From Eledone cirrhosa (Eukaryota), in the NCBI GenBank assembly GCA_964016885.1, contig OZ024740.1:131626001-131690000 (forward strand): a stretch of 64,000 nucleotides of DNA, read 5' to 3'. The position numbers were made by a program, and so were the translations under genes. This document shows, piece after piece, positions 14,567 to 35,205 of the stretch; within the stretch, counting starts at the first letter, position 1; each line of letters starts with the position of its first letter. The notes under the pieces were generated by a model that saw only the letters and a list, made by a program, of their open reading frames with translations, did no database searches and was not told where the DNA came from.

Positions 14567-14570
<4 letters not shown>
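13060..14570 (+). mobile_element. Decayed Penelope-like element (GIY-YIG remnant)
   Basis: ORF 13866-14141 contains VVYNMRC...TYIDETARSIGERVDQH, resembling the PLE GIY-YIG YIGETxRxLxxRxxEH motif. A degenerate HHR-like CTTATGA-stem-GAAA lies at 14527-14554, just before (TA)n. Confidence 0.65.
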
Positions 14571-14611
<41 letters not shown>

Positions 14612-15553
14612 TTAAACGTTGGTCAATCAAAGACAAACATGAATCACAAGCTAAAATAACTATAGAGTATCAAATATACAAAAGCAAACAGTGTGTGTGT
14701 TTTATTATTATTTCTGAAAATATTATAACAAAATGACCCTCCCCAAATGTAACAGTATATATAACAATATATATATATATGTGTGTGTGCGTGTGTGTGT
14801 GTGGGTGTGTGGGTGTGTGTATGGGTGTGGTTGTGTATGTGTGTGTGTTTGTGGATGTTATGCATATTGGAATTGCTCCATCTCATGTTGTGTGCATGTT
14901 TTATATTCTCTCATCATACTGTATTAATTGTATGTAATTATTACATTAATTATGTCGATTGTTCATATTAAAAAAAAAAACAATTCTAATGCAGGAACCA
15001 TCTCTCTTAATACTCAGACCAAAATATATATATGGCTCCTTTTATTCCGTATTTGTTTGCTTCCCTATTTCTGCTCAAAATTCATTAACTCACTGCTTCT
15101 TTTTCTGACAAATCATATCACATCCCCGCACACCTTCCTTGATTATATGTACTGCTATATTATTCAGTATTCATCTATATCATTCCCATGATGGTTTTCG
15201 TAGTCCTCACAGAATGCATTGCTTTTGTATAACATATATTAATAATAAATAAATTGTCATTAACAGAAGAAATTATTAGCTTTGATGTGTTGATGACCTT
15301 TGAGGATTGAAATTTGCTTCTTCCATATTCGTAGAAACAAGTTATGTTGATTTCACTTCAGACTCGTTTTTTATTACAATGTTGATATACATATTGAAAG
15401 CAAAGATGTATTTTACTTGTTTCCCTCTTCTAAAGTGACGATAATGCCATTGCAAATTACAATTGTCAAATATTGAGTCTACCAAAATTAAAACTTTATA
15501 TTTAACGAATGATAAATCTATTTGTAATTATTTTTTTCATTTGAAGAAATAAT

Positions 15554-15740
15554 TGTTTCTATTTTAGGCACAGGGCCAGCAATTACCCAGTACATTACTG
15601 GTACTTTATTTTATCGACCCCGTAAGGATGAAAGGCAAAGTTAACCTCGGCGGGATTTGAACTCAGATCATAAAGAGACATAGCTCTATGTTTCAAAGCA
15701 TGGCGTCCGACTCTCTACCGATACTGCCAATCCACCGCCC
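15554..15740 (-). mobile_element. tRNA-derived SINE with 18-bp target site duplication
   Basis: Minus strand has A box TGGCAGTATCGG, B box GAGTTCAAATCC and core GCCTTTCATCCTTACGGGGTCGATAAAATAAAGTACCAG (MetaSINE-like, recalled not searched). TSD TTCATTTGAAGAAATAAT at 15536 and 15741. Confidence 0.9.
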
Positions 15741-17903
15741 TTCATTTGAAGAAATAATGCTTTGTAGTATCGGCACAAGGTCAGTGATGTTTGACTGAAG
15801 AACATGACTATTGAATTAACACAAGTAGATAATTTTATCGAACTCGGAAAGGCGAAATGTAAAGAAGATACGAGCGGGATTTGAACACATAAATTGAAAG
15901 AGCCATAAATATCTACAAGAACGCTCGATCTTCCTAAACAAGGCCCTGTTGGATGTAGTATTGATTTGATTTTTTTTTAAATGTTCAAATAAATGCCAAG
16001 TGATGAATACATATATGTGTGTATGTAGTGGCAAACGGTAACAGCAAGAACGTGGGGAAACTTTGTGAAGATCCCTCTTACTTAGCTCTCATTCGACGTG
16101 CAGAACTCAGAGCGTATAAGACCTCACGACTCAAAAGGACATAAAATAGGAGAACCGTTCATGCGGAGCAAAACGAGAGAAACACGCTTAAACGGCTATT
16201 CAATATCGCTTGGCGTATTCATACTTGAATCAACACTGACCAGACACCTTAAGATAATATGTGGTTCAAGGACCCAGAATATTAAAATTATCCTCCTCTA
16301 TAGGTTGAACAACAGACCCGTCGTAATGCGGCTGATATCTTAACAGCCTTCCATCCTCAACTTGGCGGATGATTATATCTGCTTCTATTGCCGGAATTAG
16401 CAGGGTGATTCGAGTGCAACAACCTGTGAATATTGGTTAACTACATGGAATGTGAAGATTATGGTGGTATCCGGCCTGCTGTAATCCCGAAGTTCTAACC
16501 TCTTATTTTTAGTCTGCAATGGGAAACTGACATGTTTAAGCCATGCTTGATATCATCGTGAGAATCGAGGTGTTGGAGGTAACTGGTTTTGAGGTGGCAA
16601 AACAGTTGACGAATGCTAAAAAGAAAATATACTACATCTACAATGGCACTTGTTTTGCTAGCAGATCTGTAGGCCTATTTTCAGGAAAATACCGATTTGT
16701 TGATGATATCAAACAGAGTACGTCCAGTTTGCGTTTGAGAGATTGGAATATCAGAGAAAAATGTCCTAGTATGTACCAATTCACATATGCGACCTCCATT
16801 TCGTTGGAGATTGTAGTCGACTATGATGTGTATTGGAGCAGTTTGTTGATAAGGGCATGACAGTATGTCAAAGACGAGAGAAATACAGCCAATCGCAATA
16901 TAATTTGAAACGTCATATAAAGGCCTTAGTATTTAACATAATATGTTATCGAAATTGATATTTCATATATCTTTCACACCGTGTCTGATGAAGGCATTTG
17001 GATGTGTAACACGAGATACATACCTGAAACAGGGAAACGAATTCTTTGGCATGCTGAAGCCCAGCCTCAGCATAAATAGAGAGTTGTGCGTCACCCAAGC
17101 GCAGGTCGCACATAATGGTTCCTATTTGCTGCAACTAGATTTGAATGTCTATAGGATAGAAGACGAGAGAGAGTCGGAGATCAAAACATGAGGACATTTT
17201 CCTACGGACTCACCTGCATCTGGGGCAGTATCAATCGCTGGTAAAATTAAAAGGCTGTGGAACTAGATCTCAGTGAATAAAACTCTTAGTGTTTGCCACA
17301 TTAGTACCCAGCTCTTGTGGGTGACTGTCACTACCCTCATTACTCCTAACGGAGATATACCACATGGCAGAGCCAGTGTTTGCCTCGTAGAAAACAGAAA
17401 AAATATGGAACGAATTGAAGTATAGATTTTAGAACAGTGGGTGGTTGGGTATGTTTGATCCGATTATACTGACTGCTGACGAGAACTTACCTTCAATTAG
17501 TTTAGCTTTTAGTTGGATGCGTAAACATTTGAGCCATCAAGCGAGTTTCAGGCCTGCACACAATTGATTGTACTTATAGTGACATGTTTGGACATACCAG
17601 GGATGAGCGTTTGAATGAAGGCCGAAATATTGTCCGTACTTAGTGTCACTAATGATAGGCATCGTTTGTAATACGTTCCATTTCATTAGCCTCGTTGGAT
17701 GCCAAAGGCTCTCTCATTAGATCACACGTGGATATCGGCTGCTGGCACACGTGCTTCTCTCCGAATGTCCGTGGGCCACCAGCGATCACTCCTGAATGGA
17801 ACAATGTGGGCAGGTGGGTTCTCAGTATTAAATATTCTCACTGTCATAGTTGGATTTGTCGTGGTCAACTGTTGAAACTCAGTCGACGGCGAATGATAAT
17901 ATA

Positions 17904-18605
17904 ATAGCTCTAAATAAAGGTTATTTATTGATGAATAGCTGTAAACAGACTTCTTTATTGATATATAGCTCTAAATAAAGGTTATTTATTGATGAATAGC
18001 TGTAAACAGACTTCTTTATTGATATATAGCTCTAAATAAAGGTTATTTATTGATGAATAGCTGTAAACAGACTTCTTTATTGATATATAGCTCTAAATAA
18101 AGGTTATTTATTGATAAATAGCTGTAAACAAACGTTCTTTATCGATATATTGCTCTAAATAAACGTTCTTTACTGATATATGGCTATACATAAACGTTCT
18201 TTATTGATATATAACTATACATAAACGTTGTTCATTGATATATAGCTGTAAACAAACGTTCTTTATTGATATATAGCTGTAAACAAACTTTCTTTATTGA
18301 CATATACCTCTAAATAGACGTTATTTATTAATATATCGCTCTAAATAAACATTATTTATTGATGCATGGCTCTAAATAAACGCTCATTATTAATATAGGT
18401 TAACTTTGCCTTTCATCATTACAGTGTCGATAAAATAAAGTACCAGTAATGCACTGGGTAATTGCTGGCCTTGTGCGAAAAGTAGAAACAATTATTAATA
18501 TAGCTCTAAATAAACGTTCTTAATTGATGTATGGCTCTAAATAATCGTTCATTATCGATATATGGCTCTAAATAAACGTTCTTTATTAATATATGGCTCT
18601 AAATA
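17904..18605. repeat. ~30/31-bp minisatellite with 61-bp dimer periodicity at the left end, interrupted by a SINE fragment (18398-18497)
   Basis: ATAGCTCTAAATAAAGG... at 17904, 17965, 18026 and 18087, decaying into monomers. Confidence 0.95.
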
Positions 18606-19948
18606 AATATGTTCATTTTCGAAATACGTTGCAAGTTCTTTGTATTCTAGGTCAATCTTCATATGAAAACCTTGATATATCTAGAATATTTCGATGTCAC
18701 CAAGTCGTTACTCCTGTATATTGACAGCAGATTGGCTTCCGAAGGTTATATGACACCTGTGTTTAACCTAAAGTCGTATGTTGCTCATATTGATTAAGCT
18801 ATGCATGTTACAAACTGTTGCACTTTTAGGAAAATTAGGTCAAACAAATAAACTTGTAGCCGGGTTTTTGTATCATTCCGTTTTTTCTTACCACAGAGAG
18901 AAACATATTTTAACTCCATTAACATATATTAACATCGAGTTTAAATGATCAGCTTCATTAAAAATCCCCTTGACGATGTGAGGATCACGCGCGCACACAA
19001 AAATATGTTCACTAACGCAATATGTATATATCTATATATATGTATATATACTGTTATATATATATATAGATATACACACACACATATATGTATATATATA
19101 TATGTATATATATATACACTCACACAAACACATATATGTGTGTGTGTATGTGTACATGTATGTGTGTGTGTGTACATATATTTATATAATATATATATAT
19201 ATAATATATATATATATATATTCATATATATATATATATTGACATGAATAGACATATATTCCCGTTTACCTCATTTTTTTAAATTCAATTATTATAATGC
19301 ATATTCGTATATTCATACTTACCTTATTCAATTTTTTCCCAAAATAAAAGAAACATAATAAGACATATTGTAAAGAAAAATATAAGGAATGAGAAAAAGA
19401 AAAGAGAAAAATACACTCATTAAAGAAACCATTCACTATGTCAATACTGGAAGAGTAAAGAATTAAACAATATCAATATTACCGTTATTGTATTTTTATC
19501 AAGTAGGTGTTTTTTAGCTTAATATTATTATTTCGATATTCATGTATTTCCTCAGTATATTTATATCAACCGTTTCTGCATGATTATTTATTTAAGCGGC
19601 TAATACTGATGCATTAAAGAAATCAATAATATATTTTCCCACTTTTTCATTCTCATCCCGATTCATTGTAGAAATGTCGTTTATTTAACATTCGTATAGA
19701 TGAATTTCACAGGTCAAGTGACTTTTATGCATGTGTAGGCTCGTAGAGACATACTGCTTCTATACGTTTCGTTACTCATAATCATCCGACAGTGATTCAG
19801 GATATGTAAGGTTTAATTATACATACGATAATGAAATAGAGGTATTCTTTAATAGGTAATTGCAGAAACATCTATCGAGAAGTTATATATGTATTTTAAT
19901 AATTAAAACAGACACACACACGCAAACATGCACACATATACACACACG

Positions 19949-20009
<61 letters not shown>

Positions 20010-20048
20010 AAGTTAAATAAAAGTCAAATGATTAAAATTTAGCTTCGT

Positions 20049-20101
20049 TTATTACTGCTATTTCAGTGACAGCCATCTTTGGCTGTGACCTCTTCAGACA
20101 A
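20049..20101 (-). ncRNA. Type I hammerhead ribozyme (separate family)
   Basis: TTGT-CTGAAGA-GGTcACAGCC-aaagat-GGCTGTcACT-GAAA-TAGCA-GTA-ATAA. Confidence 0.65.
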
Positions 20102-21101
20102 TTAGTATGGTATAGACAAGTACATATGTTGTTTAGGTGTATGATATTGTCAATACACTGATATGCCCAGTTCCTTGTTGGGTTGTTAATTCACTGGGGA
20201 ACTGGAGTCATATGAATTCAAACAAACGAATTTTCGTGTCACAGGTCCCCTTCTCCTCTCATTGGTCAGTTATTAGAACATTCCTCATTCTAAGTGTTGT
20301 TATTGTTGGAGTTAGCTTAAAAATTGATAAAACGGTAGAAGGGACAAGGTGTTAAAGGAACAAAATAACAAAAAAAGTGTTAAACTTCCCATTGTTCAGT
20401 TCTGAGAGCATTCCTCAGTCAGAAGTCTATAGAATTCTTTCTGGGGTGAGGCTCCCTGTAGTGTTTTTGCCTGCTATTGTTCAGTACATTTGACCTCCAC
20501 CATTATTTTGTTACTGTTGTTGTTGTAGTGGTCAGCTTATATCTTGCTGCTGCTAACAATTTAGAAGTATCCAGTTTGTGTTTTCTCTTCATCCCTCCCG
20601 CCACCATCGTAGTGGTGGTGGTGGTGGGGGGGGGGGGGATTATTTCATGCATATGAAGAAATATAAGGCAATAAATGAAGAAAACAGAAAATAAATAAAT
20701 AATATAATAAAATAAAATAATTAATATAATTTGTGTAATTTGAAAATAAATAAATAAATAGAGAATAAAGAATAAAGAGTAAATGAGAGATTGGTGAAAA
20801 AGTAATGATAATGTATATGGAGAAGTGAGAAATAATGTAGGATAAAGTGTGTGTGTGTGTGCTATAACCAATCTCAAGGTCAGAATATGTTGGATACATT
20901 GGTATGATACAAGATGTTAAGATGAGATATTCAATGTGTTTGTGTTATAATCTATCTCAACTTAAAATAAATATAAGGTGATACAGTGAAGAGGGCAGAA
21001 AACAAATAACAAATTAATAAAGAGAAATCAAGCTGCGCACTTCGTCGAGTGCTCCAGCGTGCATACTGAGGTGTTGGTATACAACCAACATAAACTGAAA
21101 A

Positions 21102-21143
<42 letters not shown>

Positions 21144-21154
21144 CAATATATTAA

Positions 21155-21760
<606 letters not shown>

Positions 21761-21899
21761 TATTATATATATAGATATATATATATATATAAATTAATAA
21801 AAATAATGAATAAAAACAAAGAAACAGTTCGTTTTATTAAAAAATTCATCATTTTACGATCTTTCTAGGATATATATGTGTGTGTTGGTATGTATATCT

Positions 21900-23301
<1,402 letters not shown>

Positions 23302-25143
23302 TGTATGTATTGTATATTTGGCAATATACTGTGTGTTTAATTAGTAACATTTACAGGAGCATTCGCTGTGAGTTTTAAAGTAGTGACTAAGCCGAGAATT
23401 ATGGAAGCTGGATTCTACTAGAATCCGGAACTGATTGAACAGAGCGATTGCCGGTCCAGCAAAAATTAGGTATAACTATTGGTGCTCTGAAATAGCGATA
23501 TGTACATGAGTGTATGTATATTTGCTATATATATGTATATTTGGTATTTATAGTATATTTGGCAATATACTGTTTGTTTAATTAAAAACATTTAGAAGAC
23601 CATTCGCTCTGAGTTTTAATGTAGTGACTATGTCATTTATTCTCGGCCAAACAAAAAAAAAACAGTGAGGCAGTTTCTCGCTTGTGAGCGTTTATCAAGA
23701 CTACACACTCAGTTTTTTTACCAGAGAATGTTTAATCAATTCCTGATTATTACTGGAATTATATAAGTTCCCTCCACTTCCAGCCCCCCCCCCCCCCCCC
23801 CCTAGTTCACCCTACCAGTAATAATACTGACAGTCACACATGCACCCACACCCTCAACACGCACACGCACCACTATGTATATAAACTTACCCACCCTACT
23901 ACCACCACTAAGGCCCACCCATACATTCACATTCGACCACCCACACCTCTAATACTACTAAACACCCATCAGCCTATCTTCACCTCACAACGCACACACG
24001 AACACACACCAGGTTATATAAACTCGCCCACATCTACGTATACACCGATACACAACCTACGCCACACTCACACTACCACCACTAACCCCCACTCACACAC
24101 CCGTATTCATCGTCCACCACTAATAATAGTAACACCCACCCTACCACACACACGCAACCATACATTCCCGCGTATCTACACCAAACAAATACGCACACAC
24201 GTACGTGCGTCACCTCACATGCACCCACTCCGCCTCCGGACTTCGCACGCTCCCTCTCACCAATCCCATCTGAACCCTCTCCATCCACAAGCACACACAC
24301 AGAGACTTACAACACACTGGTTTTCCTAATCCCAAGCATGGAACAAATTCTCCCAAAACTCTCACACTCACATCCACGCATACACACACATACACCTACA
24401 TACACCCTACCTTCCTCCCTCCCCGCTTGGAACCCAACTTTACTCCCCCCACACACACGCATCCACCCACCTCCACCTCTACTCGTCTCACATCCTTTTA
24501 CCACTTGCTTTGAACTTATTGTCCCACTCGTATTATTTGTATTTCATTTTTGTTCGCTTTATTTTAAATGTTGTTCCTAATATGTTAATGTCACCTCCCC
24601 CCATACCCTCTAAGAACTCTACTCCTGACGTCGCCCCCACCCGGCACTCTCAAGCGTGAATCTAATACCTAACACATTTTGTAACTGTACTCCATGTTGT
24701 TGTTATTTTCTTTTCTAATATATATATATGTGTGTGTGTGAGAGATGACTCCTTAGCCTTTATCAAGGCAGAATTCTAGGAGAAGGAAAACTCTGATATA
24801 ACACCTGCAACCCTGATGGTATCCAATGATGTTGACTTGTTCTTCTTTTTGGTAAATATCATCTTTGTTAAAAGAGTGGGACTGGCTTTGTGCAGTGCCT
24901 TTGCTCACTATAAAAGCTTCACGGCACAGGCATTGCTTTATTTCTGGAGATCTCTCTGCACTTGTCATCACAGGGTACAATGGGCCCAGCACTATGTGTC
25001 TGTAATTGTCACAAGTGTAGTGTTTGTACCAGAGTTTTCAAGTCGCTAGCTGGACTAAAAAGTCACACTCGTTCAGCGCATCAGTAGGGGTTCTCCTACA
25101 TGGATATAAAGTAGTGGCCGTACTCGAAAACGAGTTGCAGCCA

Positions 25144-25231
<88 letters not shown>

Positions 25232-25260
25232 TAATTATGTAATAAACAATATGAGATAAT

Positions 25261-25330
25261 TATTTCATTTACCAGTGGTTTCTTGAAGGCAGATGTTACG
25301 CCTGTCTTCAGTCGTCAGAATGAATAAATA
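25261..25330 (-). ncRNA. Type I hammerhead ribozyme (separate family)
   Basis: TTCATT-CTGACGA-cTGAAGaCAG..CTGcCTTCAa-GAAA-CCactGG-TA-AATGAA. All three stems pair and the triplet is GUA. Confidence 0.8.
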
Positions 25331-25734
25331 CCATGGTGTTTATATTAAATATGGATTTGAAAACAAAATTTAGGAAATATGAAAGTGAGGCTGAAAAAAA
25401 ACGGGCAAAAAGGAAATAGGGAATAAATATCAAAAATATATATAAAATAAATATCCAGAACATAAACATACACACACTCAACTGGGCGTATATACGTAAT
25501 AGTACGTAGAGGTATACTTTCTCTCATAAGCATATTTGCGTCTACATAGAGATACGAACAGGAACATAAATACTTACACATACATGTATATATACATTCA
25601 CATATGTACACACAAATACACACGCACACATATAAAAAGGGGGTGTACACACACATATACACATACATAATAGAAACACAAAAACAAAAAAGGTCTATAC
25701 ATACCCGCACGTCTATATACACATACACACACAC

Positions 25735-26137
<403 letters not shown>

Positions 26138-26156
26138 ATATATGTATATATATATA

Positions 26157-26512
26157 AACGGAAAAAATGAAGCGAAATGTTATTTCCCACTCTTAGTACG
26201 GCAGTTACTTAAATATAAATATGTACACGTACATACATATATGTATACAGAAGTACAGTAGTATGTATATATATATACATACATGCACACATATATATAT
26301 ATATGTACGTATGGATTCAACAAACATTTATTATAATGCTCGGTGTGTTTGTAAACAAACATCCCGTATTAAGCCGTAGTTTCTAGCTATCACCGTTGTT
26401 CGTTTGTTCAACACTGACAAAAGAACGCTCTTCTAGTTTCAAGCTTGTTAGCTATCGTCAGCAACGTATACCTTCCTGCCTGGATAGTTGAACGTGCGAA
26501 AGTTTATCCATG
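26157..26512 (-). mobile_element. Family-C element copy with decayed HHR (26426-26466)
   Basis: Reverse complement of 30100-30510 and 12680-13030. Confidence 0.75.
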
Positions 26513-26748
26513 AAAATTCGTATCATTCACTTCAAAATACTTAAGAAGACTGAGAAATACGTCTTGTTGAACGCACATGTGTCCCAGCGCCTAACTCGTA
26601 TATATATATATATATATCAATTAATTAAGTCAATTATGTAAAAGTTGGCTTCGTGGATTAAAGAAACCAACCTGTGTTCTTCGTCGAGTGCTCCAATCTG
26701 CATACTAGGTGTTGGTAAACAACCAATATATACTCAAAATGTATATAT

Positions 26749-29700
26749 ATTATTTTCTGCTAGATTGAATAATTAACTAATTAATTCAATTAGACAATTC
26801 GGCTGATTGGTTAATTATTAGTGTTTGTTTAATAACATCTGTTCGAGAACTTATTCTGATGGTTAGCGGAAATTTATAATGTTTTCTTTGTCTAACATTT
26901 TGCATGACCCGCCAAAAACCGGGGGCTATTTCCCTTGCTGGAAATAACACGTGACAACTAAATATAAGATACGCCGCAGCTAAGCGGCAACATTTAGTTT
27001 GTCACCCCATTTAGTGGTAGAACGAAAACCTGTTGATGAACTGTATCCTCTGTTCGATCATGAATACCACGAGATTGCCAGTTACGTAAGTATGATATTT
27101 GATTTCGGATTTCATAGAAACAATTTAAACGCTTAACGTTTGATTTGTCCAGGTGTATTTTTCTCAACCTGTTAATTATTTCGTTACTTTGGTATATTGT
27201 GTCTTAGATTTTGCCTACCACAATGTTCAATTGGTTATGCTATTTAAATGTATGTTATTACTCTAAGGACCTACCTTGTCAAGTGCTTTGCTATCTCATG
27301 CATTCATATCGTAGGCCGAATTTGCTTGCACACCGTCAGAGTTTCGATTTTACTAAGTATCCAATTATATTATTTTCTCCTAGATTTAATAATTAAGTAA
27401 TTAAATTAATAAGACAATTCTGTTGATTGGTTAATTATTAGTGTTTGTTTAATAACATCTGGTCGAGAGCTTATTCTGATGGTTAGCGGAAATTTATAAT
27501 ATTTCCTTTATCTAACATTTTGACTGACCCGCCAAAAACCGGCTGTTATTTCCCCTGTTGGAAATAACACATGACAACTTAATATACGATACGCCGCAGC
27601 TAAACGGCAACATTTAGCTTGTCACCCCGTTCTTTGGTAGAACGAAACTTGTTGTTGAACTGAATCATCTGTTCGATCATGAATACCACGAGATTGCCAA
27701 TTACGTAAGTCTGATATCTGATTTCTGATTTCATAGAAACACTTAAAAGGCTTAACGTTTGATTTGTCCAGGTGTATTTTTCGCAACCTTTAGTTCTTTC
27801 GTTACTTTGGTATATTGTGTGTTAGATTTTGCCTACCACAATGTTCAATTTGTCAAGTTATTTAAACGTATGTTATTACCCTAAGGACCTACCTTCTCGA
27901 GTGCTTTGCTATCTCATTCATTGATATCGTAGGCCGAATTTGCTTGCACACCGTAAGAGATTCAATTTTACTAAGTATCCAATTATATTATTTTCTCCTA
28001 GATTGAATAATTAACTAATTAATTTAATTAGACAATTCTGGTGATTTGTTAATTATTAGTGTTTGTTTAATAACATCTGCTCGAGAGCATATTCTGATGG
28101 TTAGCGGAAATTTATAAGATTTCCTTTTTGTCTAACATTTTGAATGACCCGCCAAGAACCGGGAGTTACTTCCCTTGTTGGAAATAACACGTGACAACTA
28201 AATATACGATAAGCCGCAGCTAAGCGGCAACATTTAGCTTGTCATTCCGTTCTTTGGTAGAACGAAAAGCTGTTGTTGAACTGAATCCTCTGTTCGATCA
28301 TGAATACCAAGAGCTTGCCAGTTACGTATGTCTGATATTTGATATCGGATTTATAGAAACATTTTAAACGCTTATGTTTGATTTGTCCAGGTGTACTTTT
28401 CTCAACCTGTTAGCTCTTTCGTTACATTGGTATATTGTGGGTTAGATTTTGCTTACCACAATGTTCAATTTCTCAAGCTTTTTAAAGTAATGTTATTACT
28501 CTATAGACCTACCTTGTCAAGTGCTTTGATAACTCATTCATTCATATAGTAAGCCGAATGTGCTTGCACACCGCCAGAGATTCGATTTTACTAAGTACCC
28601 AATTATATTATTTTCTCCTAGATTTAATATTTAACTAATCAATTTAATTAGACAATTTTGTTGATTGGTTAATTGTTAGTGTTTGTTTAATTACATCTGG
28701 TCGAGAGCTTATTCTGATGGTTAGCGGAAATTTATAATATTTCCTTTTTGTCTAACATTTTGAATGACACGTCAAAAAGCGGGTGTTATTTCCCTCGTTG
28801 GACAACTAAATATACGATACGCCGAAGTTAAGCGGCAACATTTAGCTTGTCACCCCATTCAGTGGTAGAACGAAAACCTGTTGTTGAACTGAATCCTCTG
28901 TTCGATCATGAATACCATGAGCTTGCCAGTTACGTAGGTCTAATATTTGATTTCGGATTCGTAGAAACAATTTAAACGCTTAACGTTTGATTTGTCCAGG
29001 TGTATTTTACTCAACCTTTAGTTCTTTCGTTACTTTGGTATATTGTGTGTTAGATTTTGCCTACCACAATTTTCAATTCGTGAAGCTATTTAAACGTATG
29101 TTATTACTCTAAGGACGTACCTTGTCGAATGCTTTGATAACTCATTCATTCATATAGTAGGCCGAATTTGCTTGCACACCGTCAGCGATTCGGTTTTACT
29201 AAGTATCCAATTATATTATTTTCTCCTACATTGAATAATTAACTTATTAATTTAATTAGACAATTCTGTTGATTTGTTAATTATTAGTGTTTGTTTAATA
29301 ACATCTGGTCGAGAGCTTATTCTGATGGTTAGCGGAAATTTATAATATTTCCTTTGTCTAACATTTTGACTGACCAGCCAAAAACCGGGGGTTATTTCAC
29401 TTGCTCGAAATAACAAGTGACAAATAAATATAAGATACGCCGCAGCTAAGCGGCAATATTTAGCTTGTCACCCCATTTATTGGAAGAAGGAAAACCTGTT
29501 GATGAACTGAACCATCTGTTCGATCATGAATAGCACGAGCTTGCCAGTTACGAAAGTCTGATATTTGATTTCGGATTTCATAGAAACACTTTAAACAGCT
29601 AACATTTGATTTGTCAAGGTGCATTTTTCTCAACCTGTTAGTTATTTCGTTAATTTGGTATATTTTGTGTTAGAGTTTGCCTACCAGAATGTTCAATTTG

Positions 29701-29835
29701 TCAGGCTATTTAAACGTATTTTATAACTCTAAGGACCTACCATGTCGAGTGATTTGAAAACACATTCATTAATTTAGTAGGCCGATTTTACGTGCACACC
29801 GCCAGAGATTCGATTTTACTAAGTATCCAATTATA
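26749..29835. repeat. Tandem array of 5 complete ~620-bp units
   Basis: Unit starts (TATTTTCTSCTA) at 26751, 27371, 27989, 28609 and 29217. Copies are roughly 10% diverged by eye. No long ORF. Confidence 0.95.
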
Positions 29836-29865
29836 TATATATAGAGAGATAGAGAGAGAGAGAGA

Positions 29866-30512
29866 CATACGTACATATATATGTGTGCATGTATGTATAT
29901 ATATACATACTACTGTTTGTTTGTATACATATATGTATGTACGTATACATACTTATATATAAGTAACATCCGTACTAAGAGAGATAAATGAAATTTCGTT
30001 TCATTTTTTTCCATTTATCGTTTTCGGTGCGCCCGGCCGAATAACTCACTCGATATGCAAATTAGCGTGCACTAACGTTTATATGCATAAGGAAAGTATA
30101 TACTTTCAGACGTTCAATCATCTGGCAGGAAGTTTTACGGTGCTGAAGATAGCTAATAAGCTTGAAACTAGTACATATTTCCTTTGTCAGTGTTGAACAA
30201 AAGGGCAACGATGGTTGCTAAACACTTTACGGCTTAAGTAGGGATGTTTGTTTTACAACAAACCGAGCATTATAATAAACATCCCGAAGATGTTTATTAT
30301 AATGCCCGGGATGTTTTTTTTACAAACAACCGGGCATTATAATAAATGTTCGGTAAATCCATACGTACATATATATATATGTGTGCATGTATGTATATAT
30401 ATACATACTACTGTACGTCTGTATACGTATATGTATGTTCGTATACATACTTATATTTAAGTAACAGCCGTACTAAGAGTGAGAAATGAAATTTCGTTCC
30501 ATACTATCCATT
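29866..30512 (+). mobile_element. Family-C non-coding element with terminal direct repeat and HHR at 30139-30177
   Basis: 29866-30015 repeats at 30360-30512. The HHR reads GTG-CTGAAGA-TAGCTAATAAGCTT-GAAA-CTAG-TA-CAT. Confidence 0.75.
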
Positions 30513-30524
30513 TATATATACCTA

Positions 30525-30563
<39 letters not shown>

Positions 30564-30603
30564 CGTTTCTGAATTTTTTGGCAACATGACCCTCCCAAAG
30601 TAT

Positions 30604-30636
<33 letters not shown>

Positions 30637-30639
30637 CGA

Positions 30640-35052
<4,413 letters not shown>

Positions 35053-35122
35053 TCTATATATATGCATATATATATATATATGCATATATATATATATGTA
35101 TGTATATATATATATATATATA

Positions 35123-35205
<83 letters not shown>

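Noticed and set aside
15554-15740. tRNA gene (A/B boxes)
   Set aside because: Multi-copy with TSDs and a non-tRNA body, so it is a SINE
16300-17900. Possible old LINE (LTTWNVKIM at ~16437)
   Set aside because: Single short motif with no supporting downstream APE or RT motifs
23428-23505. HHR-like CTGATTGA..AGAGC/GCTCT-GAAA in the repeat shared with 45240-45545
   Set aside because: Core spacing is wrong, there is no stem I, and the core is not kept in the second copy
27040-27095. U1 snRNA-like sequence on the minus strand of the array unit (ATACTTAC..CTGGCA, CATGATC loop)
   Set aside because: ATACTTAC occurs only in copy 1, there is a 4-nt insertion, and no AUUGCAC loop or correctly placed Sm site
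26749-29835. Array as tandem coding exons (TTTTCTCCTAG acceptor, GTAAGT donor)
   Set aside because: Stops occur in all three frames immediately after the acceptor, and the donor is not conserved among copies
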